Shown here piece after piece: positions 22,964-30,941 of a stretch of DNA of 30,941 nucleotides. The notes under the pieces were generated by a model. It was given only the letters and a program-made list of their open reading frames with translations. It did not search any database and was not told the origin of the DNA. Location: contig NW_021832335.1 in the NCBI RefSeq assembly GCF_006345805.1, forward strand, positions 1 to 30,941. The letters run 5' to 3'. A program made the translations under genes and the position numbers. Numbering within the stretch: position 1 is the stretch's first letter; every line of letters begins with the position of its first letter. This DNA is from Octopus sinensis (lineage: Eukaryota).

Positions 22964-23770
22964 GGCGGTGAGCTGGCAGTAACGTTAGCACGCGAGGCGA
23001 AATGCTAAGCGGCATTTCGCCTGCCGCTACGCTCAGAGTTCAAATTCCGCCGAGGTCGACTCTGCCTTTCATCCTTTTGGGGTCGATTAAATAAGTACCA
23101 GTTACGCACTAGAGTCGATATAATCGACTTAATCCGTTTGTCTGTGCTTCTTTGTCGTCTCTGTGTTTAGCCTCTTGTGGGTAGTAAAGAAATAGGTATT
23201 TCGTCTGCCTTTACGTTCTGAGTTCAAATTCTGCCGAGGTCGACTTTGCCTTTCATCCTTTCGATGTCGATGAAATAAGTACCAGTCACGCACTGGGATC
23301 GATATATTCTACTTAATCCGTTTGTCTGTCCTTTGTTTGTTCCCTCTGTGTTTATGCCCTTGTGGGCAGTAATGAAATCAGAAACGTTAGCATGCCGGGC
23401 GAAACGCTTAGCAGTATTTCGTCTGTCTTTAGGCTCTGAGTTCAAATTCCGCCGAGGTCAACTTTGTCCTTCATCCTTTCGGAGTCGATAAATTAAGTAC
23501 GAGTTACACACTGGGATCGATGTAATCGACTTAATCCCTTTGTCCTTGTTTGTCTTCTATGTGTTTAGCCCCTTGTGGGCAGTAAAGAAATAATAAACGT
23601 TAGCATGCCGGCGAAACACTTAGCGGTCTTTACGTTTTGAATTCGACTTTCCCTTTCATCCTTTCGGGGTCGATAAATTAAGTACCGGATGCGTACTGGA
23701 GTAGATGTAATCGACTGGATGTCCTCCCCCAAAATTTCGGGCCTTGTGACTAGAGTAGAAAAGGAATTAT
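22964..23770 (+). mobile_element. Head-to-tail array of four family B SINE units
   Basis: Units at 22964-23194, 23195-23380 and 23381-23592 (all tail A) and 23593-23770 (internally deleted, tail B). Confidence 0.92.
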
Positions 23771-23980
23771 AACGGGTAAAGTGACTTTATCAGGAGAAAC
23801 ACCTTTCGCCTGCCTCATTGCTTTTCCTTCGCCTTATATGAAAGAATTGGCAAAAGTTCCACATACTTTAGACTGGGAATAGAGTGACTTTGTACTCTTT
23901 TATTCAGAAGGAAACCACATACCTATCGGACGAAAATTTTGCGATTCCATATGTGACTAAAGTATTTTTCAGTATATATA

Positions 23981-24130
23981 GGTACAGTTGTGGCTCTGTG
24001 GTAAGAAGTTTGCTTCCTTCGCAACCGTACGGTTTCGGTTTCAGGATCGTTGTGTGACATCTTAGGCAATTGTCTTCTACTATAGCTTCGGGCAAACCAA
24101 AACTTTGCGAACGGATTTGGTAGAAAAGAG
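23981..24130 (+). mobile_element. Diverged family A SINE 5' part followed by (TG)n
   Basis: TGGCTCTGTGGTAAGAAGTTTGCTTCC...TCTTCTACTATAGC...CCAAAAC aligns with 551-690. (TG)n at 24158-24256. Confidence 0.8.
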
Positions 24131-24171
24131 TGCATATGACATATATGCGCGCGCGACTGTGTGTGTGTGCG

Positions 24172-24236
<65 letters not shown>

Positions 24237-24389
24237 GTGTGTGTGTGTATGAGTGTGTAGACAGTCGACAACTAATGAAAGGTCCTTTCTCTGTGTTTAC
24301 TTGTCTTGTTTTAATTTTTTTCGTTGTTTAGGTATTACATATCATTTGCACCATTGGTGATGTCCTGTACCCATATATGCATAGATACA

Positions 24390-24717
24390 TTCATACATAC
24401 ACACATATATACATACATACATACATATATACATACATACATACATACATACAAACATACATACATACATGCATACATACATAAATACATACATGCATGC
24501 AAGCATTACATACATACATGCACATATGTATACATACAAACATAATGTATACACACACACGTACATACATATCATTGATATTTACACAGAGATAGACAGA
24601 CAGTCTGACAGGCAGGCAGATAGATAGATAAATAAATAAAATAGACAGCTAGATAGACTGACAGATAGCTAAATAGATAAACAGACAGACAGACTGATTG
24701 ATAGATAGATCGATAGA

Positions 24718-24748
<31 letters not shown>

Positions 24749-26320
24749 GTAGGTAGATAGATAAATACAAAAACAGAAAGGTAGGTAGGTAGGTTGGTAG
24801 GTAGGTATGTAGGTAGGTAGATAAATAGATAGATAGACATACATACATACATACATATATTGATAGATAACACAACCTCTTCGTCTCTTGACCGCTCACT
24901 ACCTTGCCCTCTGTATATCTGCATGTATGTGTGTGTATGCGTGTGTGTACTTACGTGTATACGTGTGTATTTCATATATGTATATATATATATATATATA
25001 CATGTTTATATTTGAACATGCTCACAAGTGATACAATACAGCACATGCCCACACGCATACAATATGCATATAGACATATATTCATACATACATACACAAA
25101 CATAGATACATACATACATACATACATACATATTGCATATCTCGCGCAATATACCTGTATTTACTCATTTGTGCTTTATAACTTTCTCTTTCCCATCTTT
25201 CATATATTCTTTCTTCTTATTCCTCTCCCTCGCTCTCTCTCTCACTCTCTGCCTCTCTCTCTCTCTGTATCTGTCTGTCTCTCTTCCTCTCTCATTCTCT
25301 TTGTTGTTTTCTCTTTCTATTAAGTTTTATTCTTGTCTTCTCTTTCCCCCCAATTTTCAATACCTTTTCTAACATATTTCTTCGTTCTTCCTTCCTCGAA
25401 ATACTAACCATGTCGAAGATGCTTCCATAACCATAGAATTAAAAGCAACTAGCGAGGGAAGGGGCTAATTTATCTTTCGTCCGTAACAGAATGGCTTCCT
25501 TACGGAGCATGTGCTGTGACTTGGATTAACAACGAATGTGACCGTAACGCGGAACGTGCGCAAGACGCGAACCAAAAACTCCTCTACCATACAGCAAATT
25601 CTCCGCCATATCCTTTAACTTGGTAGTCTCCCTTCTCTTTCCCGCTCTTCATTATACACACTTCCGCTTAGAATTATGGGTCTCGGTTCATGGAACACGT
25701 ATCTAGCTTTTTTGTGTGTGAGTAAATAGTCTTATGCGAAGCATTGCCGATTCCAAGACATTTCTCCCTTTCTCCCTCTGCCTCCCTCTCTCCACCTCTC
25801 TCTTTACATATATATATATATTATATATATATATATATATATACGCATATACGTACACACATTCATAAATATATAAACATATATATATATATATACACAT
25901 ACACACGTACATATATATAAACATATATGTGTGTGTATATATATATAATGACGTCTATATTTTATTATATATAGTATAAAGAAGCAGGACTCGAACACGC
26001 ACACGGATGCTGATACATATATTGTATATATATTATATATAGATATATAATATATATAATATATATATATAATACATCGGTGCAAAATATCGATGCTTGT
26101 GTATATATATAATGCATACGTACATATATATTACATCTCTCTCTCTCATTCTCTTTTGATAGATATATATATATACATATATACACACGTATACATACGA
26201 GTGTATGTATGTATGTATGCATATATGTATATATATAGCATGTATATAGATATGTATATTTGTATTAAATCGGTGGGTATATATATGATATATACATACG
26301 TGCATGCACATATATATGAA
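24390..26320. repeat. (TACA)n, (GATA/GACA/GGTA)n, (CT)n and (TA)n microsatellite fields
   Basis: Direct inspection. Unique-looking spacer at about 25380-25780. Confidence 0.8.
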
Positions 26321-26499
26321 GGATATGTAGTGTTGAAGATTCACCCAGCCCACCACCAACGTTTTGTAATAATTATTTATAAATTTACAGTTCAGGGAAG
26401 AACTGAGCAAAGTCATGTGTTGTAAAGTAATTAAAATATATAAATCTTGAAAGAAAAGGAAAGAATAATCGATGCTATCCTTTCTGGCTTTTATACATA

Positions 26500-27042
26500 T
26501 CTTTGTTTGAAGATCGCGAGTTTAATTTTACGAGGTGTGACTGGTGTGAATTTGAGAAGCTTTAGCTTCTTTGGATTACGGTAGTGAGTTAATCATGTAG
26601 CATTCCATATGGGCGAATGAGAATAATTTTCGTTCTGTTGCGAAGAATTTTTGCGCAGTGTAATATATGTACGAGCAAAACGCCTCCCGTCCAATGGACA
26701 GTGCTGAGTTGTCAAACATTTAAACCAAATTTTCTCAAAGCTACTTGTCCAACCGTCCCATTTTGTGACATTATGTCAAGCCAACTACACGTGCATTTTT
26801 CTCGCGTACGTAGTATCAATCGCAACAGCTGATGTACTTGCGCGTACAAATGCACGTTCCCACGGCTTTATCGATCGCATTCGCACCTGGATTCGATTTT
26901 TGTAATTTTTTCAAGACTTATACACGTCCTGATACCGTCGGTATCTACATATCAAATTTGAGCGCAATCGGATGGAGGATGCCCGAGATCCTAGAAGACA
27001 CACATACACACAGACAGACAGAACAGATTTTACATAATAGAT
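26500..27042 (+). mobile_element. Probable non-autonomous Helitron/Helentron-associated (HINE/DINE-1-like) element; 5' boundary uncertain
   Basis: Ends CAAATTTGAGCGCAATCGG...GAGAT...(ACAC/ACAG)n...TTTTACATAATAGAT, the AAATTT..ATCGG + ACAG microsatellite + ATAGAT layout typical of such elements. The body is CpG-rich. Confidence 0.55.
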
Positions 27043-27097
27043 GTAACACACAATGTATTCTTTGGACTAACCGGAGTTAGTGTGTTTTGGCATGTAA

Positions 27098-27318
27098 GGA
27101 CGGGGAGCTGGCAGAATCGTTTGCACGCCGGGTAGCATACTTAGCTGCTTTTCGTCCGTCTTTATGTTCTGAGTTCAATTTCTGCAGACGTCATCTTTGC
27201 TTTTCATCCTTTAGCGTTAGATGAATTATGTACTAGTTGATTATTGGGGTAGCTGTAATTAACTAAGCGTCTGATCACAAAAATTATTGGCTTTGAGTCA
27301 AAATTAGAAATAATTAAT
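27098..27318 (+). mobile_element. Old, diverged full-length family B SINE (tail-B type)
   Basis: GGAGCTGGCAGAATCGTTTGCACGCCGGG...TTCTGAGTTCAA...CTTTGCTTTTCATCCTTT. Confidence 0.82.
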
Positions 27319-27334
27319 GGTATTATTATTAATA

Positions 27335-27483
27335 GGACCGCGTGCTGGTCGAATCAAATTCTGCCGAAGTCGCTTTTGCTTTTGGGATCGATGAAATAGT
27401 ACCCGTTGAGCACTCGGGTCATTGTAAACGACTTATCATCTACACTAGAAATACAGGCCTTGTGCCTAAATTTCTAACCAATT
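27335..27483 (+). mobile_element. Internally deleted, diverged family B SINE (tail B)
   Basis: The head joins directly to CAAATTCTGCCGAAGTCG and the copy ends AGGCCTTGTGCCTAAATTT. Confidence 0.7.
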
Positions 27484-27589
27484 CGTTATGGCATGTAGTT
27501 ATGTCCTTGTATAACGTTGATATATGCTAACTTGATGTTAAAATATATGGTTCCATATCTTTCTATCCTTTTTGGTACATATAATTACT

Positions 27590-27976
27590 TTTGGATTGGA
27601 AGCACTCCGTCGGTTACGACGATGAGGGATCCGGTTGATCCGAATCAACGGAACAGCCTGCTCGTGAAATTAACGTGTAGTGGCTGAGCACTCCACAGAC
27701 ACGTGTACCCTTAACGTAGTTCCTCGGGGATATTCAGCGTGACACAGAGAGTGACAAGCCGGCCCTTTGAAATACAGGTACAACAGAAGAGAAGTAGAGT
27801 GAGAGAAAGTTGTGTGAAAGAGTACAGCAGGGATCACCACCATCCCCTGCCGGAGCCTCGTGGAGCTTTAGGTTTTTCGCTCAATAAACACTCACAACGC
27901 CCGGTCTGGGAATCGAAACCGCGATCTTATGACCGCGAGTCCGCTGCCCTAACCACTGGGCCATTGCGCCTCCACT
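27590..27976 (-). mobile_element. Full-length tRNA-derived SINE, family D, with 11-bp target-site duplication
   Basis: The minus strand begins GGAGGCGCAATGGCCCAGTGGTTAGGG (A-box), has GGTTTCGATTCC (B-box) and ends in TCCAATCCAAA. Direct repeat ATATAATTACT at 27579-27589 and 27977-27987. Confidence 0.9.
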
Positions 27977-28825
27977 ATATAATTACTACTACGTAATCAA
28001 AAATGATGATAGTCTTTTGAAATTATTATGAACGTTGCATGTGTATAAATCCGCTGAAGATATCGTTAAAGAATTTCTTGTGTAAAGGTTCAGCACACTG
28101 CGTGGAAGTATACCTGAGTCGTTAAAAACACAATTTTACCTTAACCTTTACACTCATAATTATAAACCACAACATTATATTATAAATAGAGAATTTTCTG
28201 TCATCAAACACGAAAGCTTTTAGTTTTTACTTCTAACATTTTTAGCCGTCGACGGAAAGGTATCATAATGGATATCAAAACTCAGATACAAATTATGAAA
28301 TTGCTTATTTAAGAAGGTAACTTTGCAAGCACTTGATTTTGGTCCCAATGTTCAGTCCGGGATGATCTAATTTCTCTCATTCATCCTTTCTTTCCCTTCT
28401 CTGTTTCCCTCTGTATATATATATAACAGAGAAAAAGCCAGCAAGAATAAAACAGCAACGTGAGGACATGTCACATGCAAATTATTAATTATATACACGG
28501 AGAAGGCAATGAGTAGTTGTTTTATATTTCGAGCATAGCTCCTCTTTTGATAAAGGTAAAACGGGAAAGTCCAAAGTCAGAAAAAGGAATAAAAATGTTA
28601 CCAATAGTCCATGTACAGTTCCATATATAAACACATATATAGATATGCGTGTATATATATATATTTTATATGGATATATACATAAATAGATACAAACGTA
28701 TCTTACGATACACATTCGACGCTTCTAAAAAATCATATGTAAGATTGTTCATAAACTCACGTGGTTGTTACGTATATATATATATACATAAATTTATACA
28801 TATATACAGACACATACATACATAC

Positions 28826-28863
<38 letters not shown>

Positions 28864-29149
28864 CTATGTATGTATATTGAAGGAATGTATGACAGTGTGC
28901 GCAAATTTGAATAAAGTACTCAGTACCTCGAGTTCTACAATATTATTAAATTTAGTTGAAGTAATTTTAAACGGGAGTTAGCCACTCGAGACATCTGAAT
29001 GTATCGATATATTTACATCTGTATTACTAAAATCAAATATTTCTTAGGTCGAAATCTAGTCTCTCGCTAGAAATTTCCAAATTCGACTTAAATTCTAAAT
29101 TTTGAATATATGTGAATTTGTTTTCCACTCTATATATAGATGTGTTAAT

Positions 29150-29158
29150 TATAATAAT

Positions 29159-29208
<50 letters not shown>

Positions 29209-29239
29209 CTATATATATATGTAATATATATATATGTAT

Positions 29240-29270
<31 letters not shown>

Positions 29271-29502
29271 ATATATATTGTGTGAGTGAATACATGCACG
29301 AGGTAACCAATATATACGAACCTAAATACATACGTACAAAAGTATAGAATTATCATATATGCATTTGTATACAGTATATAAAGATATGTTATTCTATGGA
29401 GAAAAATATATTAATACAATCCTTTTATGGGTTTTAGATCAATAAAACAATAGATCGATAAAGATATAGATATGCAAGCATATCTATCTATATACATACA
29501 TT

Positions 29503-29541
<39 letters not shown>

Positions 29542-29851
29542 TGTGGTGTGTGTGTATGTATATATATATATGTGCGTGTATGTGTGTACATATAAAATAT
29601 ACAATATAGTATGAAATGATATAATATACTTTTATATACAAAATATAGGTAGATAGCTAGGCAGACAAATTGAGGAATTGATAGATAGATAGATTGATAA
29701 GTAGACAAGGATACTGATAGATAGAAATATAGATACATTCCAAGTTATCCATTTACAGATTCTCAAAAATCTATAGGAAAAGCGTATTTAGGTTAATATG
29801 TCTGTCCAGAAAAACACAATCAATGTGTGGTGTATAATATATATGTGTATA

Positions 29852-29907
<56 letters not shown>

Positions 29908-30225
29908 GTACATTATATATATATATGTATTGTATATATATGTATTACATATAATACATATATAATATATATACATATATACATATATTTATTTATATTA
30001 TATATATATTTATATATACATACACAACCTTACGCATATACGTGTTTCCACCACGTGCGTTCATTTATACATTGATACATACATAATACTTACATACATA
30101 TATACATACATACATACATACATACATACATACATACATACATACATACATACATACATACATACATACGTACATACATACATACATATGTACGTACAGA
30201 TTTAGATATAATATATATACACACA
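29150..30225. repeat. (TA)n, (GATA)n and (TACA)n microsatellite fields
   Basis: Direct inspection. Confidence 0.88.
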
Positions 30226-30579
30226 TGCAGAAATCACAAACACACTGACATACATAATCTTCAACATGTCTTACATATTGGAAAAACAGTGAGCCAAATT
30301 AAGAGAGTGGAATAAAATCTTTGAAGAAACCCTATCTGCTAGTGGAACGGAAGGAGTATGGGATAGATTATTTGGGCAAGGGAAAGTTCAGGGGCCAAAG
30401 GTCAACTAAAGAAACCAACGATCTTTGCTCTCTTCCTGTGTATTTACTTCTTTGGATTTTTCCAATATTTCCAATCTCTTGGACAGATATCACCTTTTCT
30501 TACGTTTCCTGACCTTTCGCTTGGGTCTTGATTCTTTATTTCTCTCTCTCGTTCTTTCCTTCTTATATAGTAGCATTGA

Positions 30580-30941
30580 CCATGTTGTTGTTGTTGATGT
30601 GGTTGTTGTTGTTGCTGTAGTTAATCTTATTGCTGCTGTCGCTGTTGAAGTAGCGTCTGCTGCTGCTGTTATTGTTGTGTTGTTGTAATTGTAGCTGAGC
30701 TTGTTTCTGTTGTTGTTGTTGTTGTTGTTGTTGTAATTGTAGCTGAGCTTGTTTCTGTTGTCGTTGTTGTTGTCATCGTTGTTGTTGAAAGTGATGATGA
30801 TAGAATCATCTTCTTCTTCTTCATCTTCTTCTTCTTCCTCCTCCTCCTCCTCCTCCTCCTCTACTTCTTCTTCTTCTTCTTCATTTTCTTCTTCTTCTTC
30901 TTCTTCTTCTTCTTCTTCTTCTTCTTCATTTTCTTCTTCTT
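30580..30941. repeat. (GTT)n with a 48-bp duplication, then (TTC)n/(TCC)n
   Basis: TAATTGTAGCTGAGCTTGTTTCTGTTG at 30686 and 30734. (TTC)n runs to the window end. Confidence 0.9.

Noticed and set aside
22238-23770. CRISPR-like repeat-spacer appearance of the recurring GTCGAC/TCGAT units
   Set aside because: The units are about 180-230-bp SINE copies without unique spacers, the context is eukaryotic and there are no cas genes.

Overview
AT-rich, extremely microsatellite-dense eukaryotic DNA. Its SINE families and repeat texture resemble an octopus (cephalopod) genome; this is an inference from recalled repeat sequences, not a search result. No host protein-coding gene could be supported: nearly all ORFs in the track are translations of simple repeats. 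The only clear protein-coding signal is a frameshifted 3' part of a Tx1/L1-clade retrotransposon ORF2 (19448-20634). It is one of four same-orientation, 5'-truncated copies of one element stacked in a single (TATC)n array, suggesting microsatellite-targeted integration. The commonest SINE family here (B) often ends in a ~50-nt tail homologous to this LINE's 3' end, also occurs with a second unrelated tail, and forms head-to-tail arrays with recurring junctions. Also present: other tRNA-derived SINEs (some with target-site duplications), a probable hAT right end, a probable Helitron/HINE-like end, several minisatellites and a few candidate regulatory islands.
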